DNA from: Raja brachyura
Taxonomy: Eukaryota
Reading direction: 5' to 3'
Assembly: GCA_963514005.1 (NCBI GenBank)
Contig: OY740788.1
Span: 18,352,001-18,416,000, forward strand
Length of the DNA stretch: 64,000 bases
Below, piece after piece: positions 37,716 through 49,877 of this stretch. The position numbers were made by a program, and so were the translations under genes. The notes beneath the pieces are model-generated. The model was not told where the DNA came from, ran no database searches, and saw only the letters and a program-made list of their open reading frames with translations. Positions within the stretch are counted from its first letter, which is position 1; each line of letters opens with the position of its first letter.

Positions 37716-39325
37716 CCTGTAACTAAGGGGCCAGGGGAATATCAGCAATAGGGTTTGAGGGGAGGGACTGGCAGTGTGATCCAAGGAGCAAAATTTGACT
37801 GAGCATTCGACAAAGATTATGATGAAGGTTTATGGCATTTCTCCCAGTTATAAGGATTTTTCATCGAATTGTCTTTAAGCTAATGTTTAAGAATGTTAAA
37901 TTTTAGCCCTGCTGCTACAAATGCACTGCATAAAACCCTGTCTCTGAATTTGTGTAGAGATGGGTTATATATTAAATAATTTTGAAAACATTGAGGAGAG
38001 GCAGATTTTATTGAAAGCCCATGGCAATATCTTTTCGCTCAGCTGAAGTCATAACCTTCATGCTCTCGGGTATTTATTCTGGTAAGTGAGCTTTTACACA
38101 TCGTGATAGAATTAAGTGCTTGCTAAGCTGTGTTGGACAGTTGCCTCAGCGCTATATCTGAAATCCAACTGCAAAAAAAGAGTATCTCTGTATCCCTGAT
38201 TACAGTCTGTTACTTCCACGTCAACAATAGTCACCTTGGAGCCTCCGTTCGTGAGACTGACAGCCTAATGCCAATTAGGCCTGAATTATAGCTAGTTGTA
38301 CCCACGAGGTTCTGATTTGCAACTGCCAAAAACCTGACAACTCTCCCAGCCATCAGAGAGGAAGCTTATCCAATCTGTCTGGGTTAGTTTTGGACCCGGG
38401 GATGAAAGGATAATGTTCTAACCCAGTGCACCCATCAAGTCACATAACAAGTAGGTCATAATTTTCACAAGTCAATGTTAGGATTCACAATTTGAGTCAA
38501 TGTTCGAATGCACACTGATCCTCACTTGCAGCTCTGGGTTTCTGCCAATCATTTCGCCAGAGCTCAGAGGGTAATTGGCAGGAAACTGGAGGCAGGCAAC
38601 AGAGGCAAGCGATGTGAAATGCAAGATAAATATCCTCAAAAGTGACATTCCTTGTGAAAACCTGAATACTTTCGCAACAGGCTCTATTTTCTAACCATGT
38701 AAACTTTTACTCATCTAAAAGATCGTCCGAAAGGAAACCGAGAAACCAGTTTTGGACAACACACGACACTTCAATCAACTTTGGCAACATTTCCTATTTC
38801 TGGAAACCACTTCTTCAAGAAACGAAAACCTCCAGTCTGCCTCTTTACAACATGACCCTTTGGTATCAGGTAAGTCATAGTCATAGAGAGATACAACATT
38901 GCAGTGGGCCCTTCAGCCCATTTAGTCAGTACTGACCATTGATCACATTTACACGAAATGTACAATAGTCTAATTTATTTTATTCTCTCCACATTCTCAA
39001 CCACTCTCACTCTCCCTCTCGCTTTTACCGCTTACCTACACACTTGAGACAATTTACAGTGGCCAATTAAACTTCCAACATGCACATTTTTGAGATGTAG
39101 GCGGAAATCAAAGTACCTGGTGGAAACCCATGTGGGAGAGCTTGCAAAAAACACACAGCTCCAGAGGACAAAACGGACTGTGGGTCGCTGGAGCTGTGAG
39201 GCAGCAGCTCCTTATTAATTTCAGCTGGTGTTAACAATGACCTAGATGGCACTTAATAATTAACCATTTAACAAAATAATTGTTGATACGGTTTTATTAT
39301 GAATTCATCAGTTGTACTTTAAAAG

Positions 39326-39393
39326 GCACGAAGATGATCAGGAAACGAGGAGATTGCAGAAAGAAATGGAAGTAGAAATATTTTCTGCACTTG
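39326..39393 (+). CDS. Putative internal exon, unknown protein
   Basis: AG acceptor, weak GTACCT donor; HEDDQETRRLQKEMEVEIFSAL; phase 2 to 1 fits neighbouring candidates. Confidence 0.3.
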
Positions 39394-39751
39394 GTACCTG
39401 TTTTCAGAAAGCCCTGGAGATCCCTCAGAAACATAGAAACTTTGGAAATAGGTGCAGGAGTAGGCCATTCGGCCCTTCGAGCCTGCACCGCCATTCAATA
39501 TGATCATGGCTGATCATCCAACTCAGTATCCTGTACCTGCCTTCTCTCCATACCCCTGATCCCTTTAGCCACAAGGGCCACATCTAACTCCCCCTTAAAT
39601 ATAGCCAATGAACTGGCCTCAACTACCATCTGTGGCAGAGAATTCCACAGATTCACCATTCTCTGTGTGAAAAATGTTTTTCTCATCTCGATCCTAAAAG
39701 ACGTCCCCCTTATCTTTAAACTGTGACCCCTTGTGCTGGACTTCCCAAACA

Positions 39752-40042
39752 TTCTGCATTCGACCCTGGCATTCCCTCTCTCTCTATCTCTCCCCACCCA
39801 AGTCGCACCAGCTTCTCATTTTCACACTACAAACAGCTTACAATGGCCTGTTTCCTTTATTATCGATACTTTTTTGCATATCTTTCATTCATTGTTCTTT
39901 ATCTCTCCACATCACCGTCTATATCTCTCGTTTCCCTGATCCCTAACCAGTCTGAAGAAGGGTTTCGACCCGAAACGTCGCCTATCTCCTTCGCTCCTTA
40001 GATGCTGCTGCACCCGCTGAGTTTCTCCAGCCTTTTGTGTAC
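39752..40042 (+). mobile_element. Penelope-like pLTR inserted in CR1
   Basis: Interrupts the CR1 3' region; contains CTGAAGAAGGGTTTCGACCCGAAACGTC. Confidence 0.75.
39952..39979 (+). ncRNA. Minimal hammerhead-ribozyme-like core
   Basis: CUGAAGA-A-GGGU(UUCG)ACCC-GAAA-CG-UC; helix I weak; activity unproven. Confidence 0.55.
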
Positions 40043-43000
40043 CCTTAAGAATTTTGTAAGTTTCTATAAGATCCCCCCTCAATCTTCTAAATTCTAGCGA
40101 GTACAAGCCGAGTCTATCCAGTCTTTCTTCATATGAAAGTCCTGACATCCCAGGAATCAGTCTGGTGAACCTTCTCTGTACTCCCTCTATGGCAAGAATG
40201 TCTTTCCTCAGATTAGGAGACCAAAGCTGTACGCAATACTCCAGGTGTGGTCTCACCAAGACCCTCTACAACTGCAGTAGAATCTCCCTGCTCCTATACT
40301 CAAATCCTTTTGCTATGAATGCTAACATACCATTCGCTTTCTTCACAGCCTGCTGCACCTGCACGCCTACTTTCAATGACTGATGTTCCATGACACCCAG
40401 GTCTCGTTGTATCTCCCCTTTTCCTAATCGGCCACCATTCAGATAATAGTCTACTTTCCTGTTTTTGCCACCAAAGTGGATAACTTCACATTTCTCCACA
40501 TTATACTGCATCTGCCATGCATTTGCCCACTCACCCAACCTATCCAAGTCACCTTGCATTCTCCTAGCATCCTCCTCACAGCTAACACCGCCCCCCAGCT
40601 TCATGTCATCCGCAAACTTGGAGATGTTGCATTCAATTCCCTCAACCAGATCATTAATATATATTGTAAATAGCTGGGGTCCCAGCACTGAGCCTTGCGG
40701 TACCCCACTAGTCACTGCCTGCCATTCTGAAAATGACCCATTTACTCCTACTCTTTGCTCCCTGTCTGCCAGCAAGTTCTCTATCCACATCAATACTGAA
40801 CCCCCAATACCTAAACATGTGCTTTAAGTTTGCATACTAATCTCTTATGTGGGACCTTGCCGAAAGCCTTCTGTAAGTCCAGATATAACACATCCACTGG
40901 TTCCCCCTTATCCACTCTACTAGTTACATCCTTGAAAAATTCTATAAGATTCATCAGACATGATTTACCTTTCATAAATCCATGCTGACTTTGTCCAATG
41001 ATTTCACCACTTTCCAAATGTGCTGCTATCCCATCTTTAATAACTGACACGCATTTTCCCCACTACCGATGTTCGACTAACTGGTCTTTAATTCCCCGTT
41101 TTCTCTCTCCCTCCCTTTTTATAAAGTGGGGTTACATTAGCCACCCTCCAATCCTCAGGAACTACTCCAGAATCTAAAGAGTTTTGAAAAATTACCACTA
41201 ATGCATCCACTATTTCTGGGGCTACTTCCTTAAGTACTCTGCGATGCAGCCTATCTGGCCCTGGGGATTTATCGGCCTTTAATCCATTCAATTTACCCAA
41301 CACCACTTCCCAGCTAACCTGGATTTTACTCAGTTCCTCAATCTCATTTTACCACCGGTCCCCTGCTATTTCCGGCAGATTATTTATGTCTTCCTTAGTG
41401 AAGACAGAACCAAAGTAGTTATTCAATTGGTCTGCCATGTCCTTGTTCCCCATGATCAATTCACCTGTTTCTGACTGCAAGGGACCTGTATTTGTTTTAA
41501 CTAATTTTCTCTTCACATATCTACATATCTATAAAACTTTTGCAGTAGGTTTTTATGTTCCCTGCCAGTTTGCTTTCATAATCTATTTTCCCTTTCCTAA
41601 TTAAGCCCTTTGTCCTCCTCTGCTGGACTCTGAATTTCTCCCAGTACTCTGGTAGGCTACTTTTTCTGGCTAATTTGTATGCTTCATCTTTTGTTTTGAT
41701 ACTATCCCTGATTTCCCTTGTTATCCACAGATGCACTACCTTCCCTGATTCATTCTTTTGCCAAACTGGGATGAACAATTGTTGTAGTTCATCCATGCAG
41801 TCTTTAAATGCCTTCCATTGCATATCCACCGTCAACCCTTTAAGAATCATTTGCCAGTCTATCTTGGCCAATTCATGTCTCATACCCTCAACATTACCTT
41901 TCTTTAAGTTCAGAACCCTTGTTTCTGAATTAACAATGTCACTCTCCATCCTAATGAAGAGCTCAACCATATTATGGTCACTCTTGCCCAAGGGGCCACG
42001 CACAACAAGACTGCTAACTAACCCTTCCTCATTACTCAATACCCAGTCTAGAATAGCCTGTTCTCTCGTTGGTTCCTCTACATGTTGGTTTAGAAAACTA
42101 TCCCGCACACATTCCAAGAAATCCTCTTCCTCAGCACCCCTGCCGATTCACCCAATCAATATGTAGATTGAAGTTACCCATTATAACTGTTTTGCCTTTG
42201 TTGCACGCATTTCTAATTTCCTGTTTGATGCCATCCTCAACTCCACTACTACTGTTAGGTGGCCTGTACACAACTCCCACTAGCGTTTTCTGCGCCTTAA
42301 TGTTTTGTAGCACTACCCATATCGATTCCACATCCTCCAAGCTAATGTCCTTCCCTTCTATTGCGTTAATCTCCTCTCTAACAAGCAACACTACCCCACC
42401 TCCCTGTCCTTTCTGTCTATCCCTCCTGAATATTGAATATCCCTGGATGTTTAGCTCTCAGCCTTGGTCACCCTGGAACCATGTCTCCGTGATCCCAACT
42501 ATATCATATTAATTAACAACTATCTGCACAATCAACTCATCCACCTTATTACGAATGCTCCTTGCATTAAGCCACAAAGCCTTCAGGCTTGTTTTTACAA
42601 CACTCTTACCCCTTATACAATTATGTTGAAAACTGGCCCATTTTGATTTTTGCCCTGGATTTGTCTGCCTGCCACTTTTACTTTTCACCTTGCTACCTAT
42701 TGCTTCTACCCTCATTTTACACCCCTCTGTCTCTCTGCTCACACATTTAAGAAACCCACCACCTCTTATTCTCTGTTTATTATCTTTTTCTTATTTCTCC
42801 CCTACATGTTGGGTCTGAGTGCTTCCCTTCTCTGCCTCCTGCCTCAGACACTGTCTACTAGCTTTCTCTATTTGAGTCCCTCCCCCCAACCGTTCTAGTT
42901 TAAAGTCTCCCCAGTAGCCTTTGCAAATCTCTCCGCCAGGATATTGGTCCCCCTCGAGTTCAAGTGCAACCTGTCCTTTTTGTACAGGTTATACCTTCCA

Positions 43001-44424
43001 CAAAAGAGGTCCCAATGATCCAGAAACTTGAATCCCTGCTCTCTGCACAAGTCCCTCAGCCACGCATTTATCCTCCACCTCACTCCATTCCTACTCTCAC
43101 TGTCGCGTGGCACAGGCAGTAATCCTGAGTGTTACCTTTACGGTCCTTCTCCTTAACTCTCCTCCTAACTCCCTAAATTCTCCTTTCAGGACCTCTTCTC
43201 TTTTTCTACCTATGTCATTGGTACCTAAATGTACCATGACCTCAGGCTCCTCTCCCTCCCATTTCAGGATATCTTGGACACGTTCAGACACATCCCAGAC
43301 CCTGGCACCAGGGAGGCAAACTACCATCTGGGTCTCCTGACTGCGTCCACAGAATCACATATCTGACCCCCTAACTATAGAGTCCCCTAATACTATTGCC
43401 CTCCTCTTCTTTTCCCTACCCTTCTGAGCAACAGGGCCGGTCTCTGTGCCGGAGGCCCAGCCGTTGTCGCAACCCCCAGGTAGGTGTCCCCCCAATACTA
43501 CTCAAACAGGAGTACTTATTTCCAAGGTTTGCAGCCACCGGGGTACTCTCTAGTCCCTGCCTCTGCCTCTTGCCCCTCCTAACTGTGACCCATTTGTCTG
43601 CCTCTCGTGGTCTTGGAGTGACCACCTCTCTGTAACTCCTCTCTATGACTTCCCCATTCTCCATGACCAGACAAAGGTTCCAGGTTCCTAATTCGGTCCC
43701 TTAGACCCCCATCTTGATGCACCTGGTGCAGATGTGGATGGCTGGAAGGCTATGAGACTCCATGACTTCCCACATCTGACATCCCGAACAGTAAACTGCC
43801 CTGGCACTCATACTCCCCTCTTACCCAGGATACAATGCAAAGTGTTGGAAGAAATCAGCAGGGACCTGACTCCCAATCAGCTGCTTCCTCTAGTCCGCTT
43901 CCACAAATCAGCGGCTTCCTCAAGCCCACTTATTTTGAAATGTGAATGGAACGTTGCAGAGTTGGGTGCTCCTCCCACTGCAACCGCTCCTGGGCCTCTA
44001 TGAAACAAAGCCCCGCACTCTGTTTTTGTACTAACAGCCCGGACGCCGCTCCTCCCGCTCCAACCACTCCTGGGCCTCTGTGAAGCAAAGCCCTGCACTC
44101 AGTTTTTAAACTCACCGCCCAGACGCCACTCCTCCCACTGCAACCGTTCCTGGGCCTCTCCTTGAAAAAGATTGAGAATCAGCAAATGCCATTTCCACAG
44201 AAGAGCTTGGCAGTGAGTGAACAGTGCCTATAAAAGAGAGTCTTACTACCTTTCTTGAAATTGAGCCACCCTTCAGTCATCAAATTTCCCATATCCACTG
44301 TCCCGAGTCAGTAATCGCCAAAAGTTAATTGGAAATAATACATTATGTATATACGATTATGAAGGGTTCAGATAGGGAGGACTGCAGGAAACTTTCCCCA
44401 ATGTCAGAGGTAGATAAACATAAA

Positions 44425-45460
44425 GTAGGTATGTTGCAAAACTTACCTTTAGCGGCGCTGCAGTTCTGCTGCTCCCCGTGTGCGCGACTTTAGCGCCTTT
44501 CAGAGGGGGGTGGGCTTAAAGTGCCGTTTTTCCACAGACCTGGATAATCGATGAATGTCGGGCGATTTCGTTGCGGAAGAAAAATCGCTCCGACATTTCA
44601 TCAATGAAGGTATTTTTAAATTACTCTAAATTATTTGTTAACTAGAGTAATTTAAAAATCACCTTCAAAAGCCGTGAGCACTGACAACCGGAAGGATTTT
44701 CCGTAGGGGAGAAAAAAAGGTAAATAGTTTATTTTTACATTAAAAGTTGGTTTTTCGGGAGGCTTTAATAATATTTTTATGTTGCGAAATGGGTTCCCAA
44801 AAAATGTATGAACAAACAGTATTTTTCCTGCTGACTTCACCGCTAACCGCAACGTTCTAATCCACCGCATTCCACTAAAACCAACTCGCTAGTTGATTTA
44901 AATGGCCATTAATTTACAGGCATAAAACACTAAATTCCTTCCATTTGGCCCAGAAATTCATGAAAATGAGATTTAAAAATTATGTTATATTGTGGATTAT
45001 TGTGTGAATGTTATTTGGACACTTAGGCAATTTAAAAAAAGTTTATCTTTTCTTAAGAAATTGATAGATGTTTAGATCTACTCATTGAATTTTGTAATTA
45101 GCTACAATTAGATAACTAACTAATTATATACTTTAATTTCAGGTAATCCAAGTAAGATTGTTTAATATTTGTTTCAGAATGCTTCAATCTATAATAACTG
45201 AAAATTTCATTGAGTTCTCTTAATTTTTAAGAATGTTATGGGCTTTTAACTTTTCCAGATCACAGCTTTTGAGTTAAGTCAATTGAAAGGCAATGGGAAG
45301 CAAGATGCTCATTTCCGAGTATGAAAATGGCCATAACTTTCTTAATACTGAAGATATGAAAGTAAATTAGGTGTCAAATTAAACTTCTTTTTATGCTTTA
45401 TCTGATGGGATAAATTGCAGACTTGATTTTTAAAATCTCAAAAATTTGTAACATTGCTAC
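44425..45460. mobile_element. Non-autonomous DNA transposon, superfamily uncertain
   Basis: Imperfect TIR GTAGGTATGTTGCAAA / TTTGTAACATTGCTAC; direct repeat ATAAA on both sides; splits an old CR1-like 3' fragment. Confidence 0.75.
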
Positions 45461-45786
45461 ATAAAGGCCCAGAGGTAAGGGGGAAGAGCTTCAAGGGTGC
45501 CATGAGGACGATCTTCTTCCCCTAGAGAGCACAAAGTACCTGGAATGCATTGACTGAAAGAAAGGTTGATGGTGAGTCGCTGATAGCATTTAAAAAGTAC
45601 CTCGATTAATTCTTGAAGCAGTTAGGCATGGAGGGCTCTGGACCAAAAGGTGGGCGATGGAATTAATACAGAAGGGTGCCTATTAGTCAGTGTGGATGAG
45701 TTGGGCCAGATATCCTAAGATCATGTTGTAGGATAAACACCACATATTAACTTGGCACAGGAGCAAACTGGACACTGAGTATTCTA

Positions 45787-46000
45787 CAGATAGACATATC
45801 AAGCTGGAGTAACTCTTGGGGACAGGCAGTGTCTCTGGAGAGAAGGAATGGGTGACGTTTCGAATGGGTGAGTCTGAAGAAGGGTCTTGACCCAAAACGG
45901 CACCCATTCCTTCTGTCCAGAGATACTACCTGTCCCGCTGAGTTACTACACTTTTTGTGTCTATCTTTGGTTTAAACCAGCATCTGCAGTTCTGTACTAC
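45787..46000. mobile_element. Palindromic Penelope pLTR derivative
   Basis: Inverted arms around CTGAAGAAGGGTCTTGACCC. Confidence 0.7.
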
Positions 46001-46301
46001 ATTGAGTATTCTACAGCAGGTAATCTTCGTCCTAATTCTTAGCCTTTCGATTATGGGTGATTCATGTTTTCTTGCTTTGTTTTTAGGGGAAATGTAGATC
46101 ACGAGTAAGGCCAGTGCTTATTAATCGTCCATAGTGGAAAGGCTTCTGTGCAGAGAAGTATTAAATAGGTTCATTGAATCTAGAAACGTCTCTGCCTGAG
46201 TGAGCAGAAAAGGGCTCCCGTTGTCACCTGAAATTACTTACAGCACAATATTCAGCTTATGGCCCATGACTAGTCAAAGCAGAAAAGGAGCATTCCAGAT
46301 T

Positions 46302-46620
46302 AGGGCGGCCACGGTGGTGCAGTGGTAGAGTTGCTGCCTTACAGCGCTTGCAGTGCCAGAAACCCGGGTTCGATCCCGACTATGGGTGCTGTCTGTACGG
46401 AGTTTGTACGTTCTCCCCGTGACCAGGTGGGCTTTCTCCGAGATTACACTACACTTTCCTCCCACACTACAAAGACGTACAGATTTGTAGGTTAATTGGC
46501 CTGGTGTGTATGTAAATTGTCCCTTGTGTGTGTTGTATAGTGTTAAGTTGCGGAGATCGTTGGTCGGTGCGGACTCGGTGGGCCGAAGGGCCTGTTTCCA
46601 CGCTGTATCTTCAAACTGAA
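46302..46620 (+). mobile_element. tRNA-derived V-SINE (HE1-like)
   Basis: A-box TGGTGCAGTGG, B-box GGTTCGATCCC, V-domain-like GTTTGTACGTTCTCCCCGTG, CR1-like tail GGGCCGAAGGGCCTGTTTCC. Confidence 0.85.
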
Positions 46621-47699
46621 AAGGTAAGATGGTATTAGTAAGATGGTATTAGAATCTCATGGTCAAACATTGGGAAAACATCTGTGCTAATGACCGAAGG
46701 AGCACAATATTTGATCTCTCGTTTTCGCACCTTACCCTTCCATATCTCTGTGACTCCCTCTCCCCTGACTCTCCGTCTGACCCAAAACGTCTCACCCATT
46801 CCTTCTCTCCAAAAATGCTGCCTCTCCCGCTGAGATACTCCAGCATTTTGTGCCTATCTTCGGTGTAAACCAGCGTGTCCAGATCACTCCTACACAACAT
46901 TTCACAAACCACCCAACTGCCCTACCCCCTCAGATGCTTCTTATACCAAGTCATACATATCGGTGGAAGAGTCTACGGTTCCCAAATTGGTCCCATGAGT
47001 CACCTCAGAACCAACAAAAACTGAAGCACATAGACAAGTTATTTTCAATGGCGAGTGCCTGAAACTGAAGAAGAGGAAGAATGCTGCTCAGGTGATGTAG
47101 CAAGTGAATATGGATTGATTGAACTGTTGTGGAGTTGAACATTTTTGAACATACCCACCTCTGACCTTACCTCCATACCACTTCAAAGGAGACAAAAGAG
47201 ACTGCAAAATCTGGAATTGGGAAAAAAAAAGAACACTGGTTGAATTCTGCAGATCAATCAGGAACTTTTGATGCAAAATGTGTAAAGCAATCAGCCGTGG
47301 CTTCTAGCAACATCCTTGACCTGTGAAATGACTTGCATCATAGTTTAAGTCACAAAACATTGAATCTTTGTGGGCATAGACATGGCTTCATTTAAACAGA
47401 TTTATTTATTGTTATATATATATATCTAAATATATATTTACAATGAAATTCCTTGGTCACATGAAATGCACAGTAGTCATGATAAATACAACAAAATTGT
47501 AGTGTAATCTGATGTAGTGCAAAATCATATTAAAATACTATTGTAAAATAATGGAATAAGGTAGACTTAAGAGTAAGAGTATTTGCAGCATCTCTTAACA
47601 CATGACACAAGTTTCTTGGTCTCTTTCCTGTGCTTCAACTTATTGTTGTTGTTGATCCGGCCGACAACTGTAGTATCATCAGCAAACTTAAAGATCGAG

Positions 47700-48058
47700 T
47701 TTGACACAAACTCAGTGGGACAGGCAACATCTGTGGAGAGAAGGAATGGGTGACGTTTCGTGTCGAGACCCTTCTTCAGACTGAGAGTCAGGGGAGAGGG
47801 CGTCTAGATATATGGAGGGGTAAGCTGTGAAAATGACAGATCAAAGCAGACGACGATAAGGAAATGTAGAATGGTCCATTGTTGGCTGAGGGAATGGTGA
47901 CAAGGAGGCATGCAATCAGTAAAATTAATTGGTAGGACAGTGAAACTAGTCGGAGAACTAGAGTGGGGGAGCGACAGAGAGAGAGGGTAAGGAAGAGTTA
48001 ATTAAAGTTAGAGAAATCAACATTCATACCGCTGGGTTGTAAGCTGCCCAAACAACAT
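47700..48058 (-). mobile_element. Penelope-like 3' end (GIY-YIG C-terminus + pLTR)
   Basis: [13 protein letters not shown] on -, followed by a pLTR with hammerhead-like core at 47752-47779. Confidence 0.75.
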
Positions 48059-49137
48059 GTTGACTTTTTAAAGGGCCACACAGTCATGGGTGTACATGGA
48101 GGAGAGCAAGGGACTGAGCACAAAACACTGGAGGAAATGTTATGACCAATTCTAACTGACTGAGGCTTACCCGTCAGGAGGTCCTGAAACCAGCTGCAAA
48201 TGGAGGTCTCAAGGTCAAGCTACAGAAGTTTAGGGATGAGATTATTCAGTATTATAGTGCTGAAGGCTGAGCAGTAGGCTATCAATTGCATCTTCAGGCA
48301 AAGTCAAACAAACTTTATTGTCATTTAGAAATACATTGATATATGCAGTTCCAAACGAAATTTTGTTGCATTTGGCTCCCTGTGCAACACGATAAATTAC
48401 CAGAAGGATAGGCATGGATAAAATGGATAAAAAGGATAAAAGGATAAATAGACAATGGTGGCAGCCCATTACATGGCATTCAGGAGTCTGATGGCTCGTC
48501 AGACTCCTGAATGCGTCAGACGCGTCAGACTCTTGACATGCGTAATCCTATGGGTTTAGATTTCCCAAAGACTGGTGCAGATGTAGGCCGTTACCAGTCT
48601 TTCAGAGAACATCAGTATGGTCGATATTGCAGCAAACTGGTCATTGAAACAGGACACTTTACTTTTTTTGGCTTCTGGAATGATGCGTCATTTTTAAACA
48701 GATGGCGACAGTAGATTTTTGACGTGAGAGGTTGAAGATGTTGGTTGATGATGTTGGGCAGTTGATTTTGCACATTATTTCAGAACATATCCAGGGACTG
48801 CGTTCGGACTAGTCACTTTCCAAGAGTTTACCCTAGTGAAAGGAGATGTGACTGAGTTGTATGGGACAGTGAGATGTATGGGACCGAGCCAGCAGCATTG
48901 GGGTACCGCTCTTTGGGTAACTTTGCTTGCCTATTCAAAATGGGCGAAATAGGGTTTGAGCACATCTGTTTGTGGTATGTTGTTGTCAGTGGTTGCCCCA
49001 CATTTTAGCATGCCGCCCATAAATGTATTCACGTTCAGACACAGTTCCATCACATCTGCTTGATGGAATTGAGTTGCCAGCTTGTTTTGTGATTCTCTGT
49101 GCTTTCTTGATAGACCTGCGGTGATTATACTTGGTCT

Positions 49138-49365
49138 TGTGTAGGAAGGATCCTGCAGATGCTGGTTTAAACCAATGATAGGCACAAAATGCGGGAGCAA
49201 ATCTACGGGTCAGACACCATCTCTGGAGGAAAGGAATAGGTGATGTTTTGGGTTGAGAACCTTCTCCAGTCTGAAGAAGGGTCTCTTCCTGAAACATCGC
49301 CTATTCCTTTTTGTCAGAGATGCTGTCTGAGTTACTGCTGAGTTACTCCAGGTTTTTGTGTACTT
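49138..49365. mobile_element. Palindromic Penelope pLTR derivative
   Basis: Two pLTR halves head-to-head, centred on CAGTCTG at about 49270. Confidence 0.7.
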
Positions 49366-49877
49366 GGTCTTCTTGTGCAGCATGGGATCACCCATCTTTT
49401 AAAGGTCTCGGATCTGGATTTTATCAGAGAATGAATCTCCCTGTTCATCTAAGGATACTGGTTAAGATAGACCCTGATCGTCTTTGTCGTAACATAGGCG
49501 TCATTGCATTTCTTGATGAAACTGGTGACAACTGAGGTAATCTCGTTCAGGCTGGTTGAAATGGTCTTGAAGGTCCAGTCCACTAACACAAGGTGATTCT
49601 GAAGCAGAAAGCCAGCCTCCTCAGACCACTGCTGCATTACTCTTTTTTGTAGGTGCCTCGGGCTTCAATCTCTGTAAGACAACACTAGCTACATCGTCAG
49701 ATGATTAAACTGGTCGAAATGAGAGCGAGGGATGGAGCGACAGGCATACTTGAGGGAACGATAATCACTCAGAAACATTTGACACCAAGGATTTGTACCA
49801 GAGAAAAATATATATTGGTTGATAACTGAACAATGTTAATGAAGTTAAAGCAGGACTTTCATCAGGTCAAATCAAGG

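Larger units (their letters stand above)
39427..44160 (-). mobile_element. Near full-length CR1 LINE (ORF1 esterase + ORF2), disrupted
   Basis: ORF1 CLPGARV..VHLGTNDI..LHLN; ORF2 WLNARSIRNK, VYRPPNS, KSDHN, SGVPQGSVLGP, FADD; AGAAACAT tail; 80-bp 5' repeats. Confidence 0.95.
47600..49760 (-). mobile_element. Degenerate Rex1/Babar-like LINE ORF2 with nested insertions
   Basis: IFKFADD near 47675-47695; VVTSFIKKC..KTIRVY peptide in ORF 49449-49637. Confidence 0.65.

Noticed and set aside
38043-38081. 39-nt exon-like segment with a strong GTAAGT donor
   Set aside because: Its only open frame is phase 1-1, incompatible with flanking candidates; no other support.
46302-46385. tRNA gene
   Set aside because: A/B boxes are the head of a SINE followed by a V-domain and LINE-like tail.
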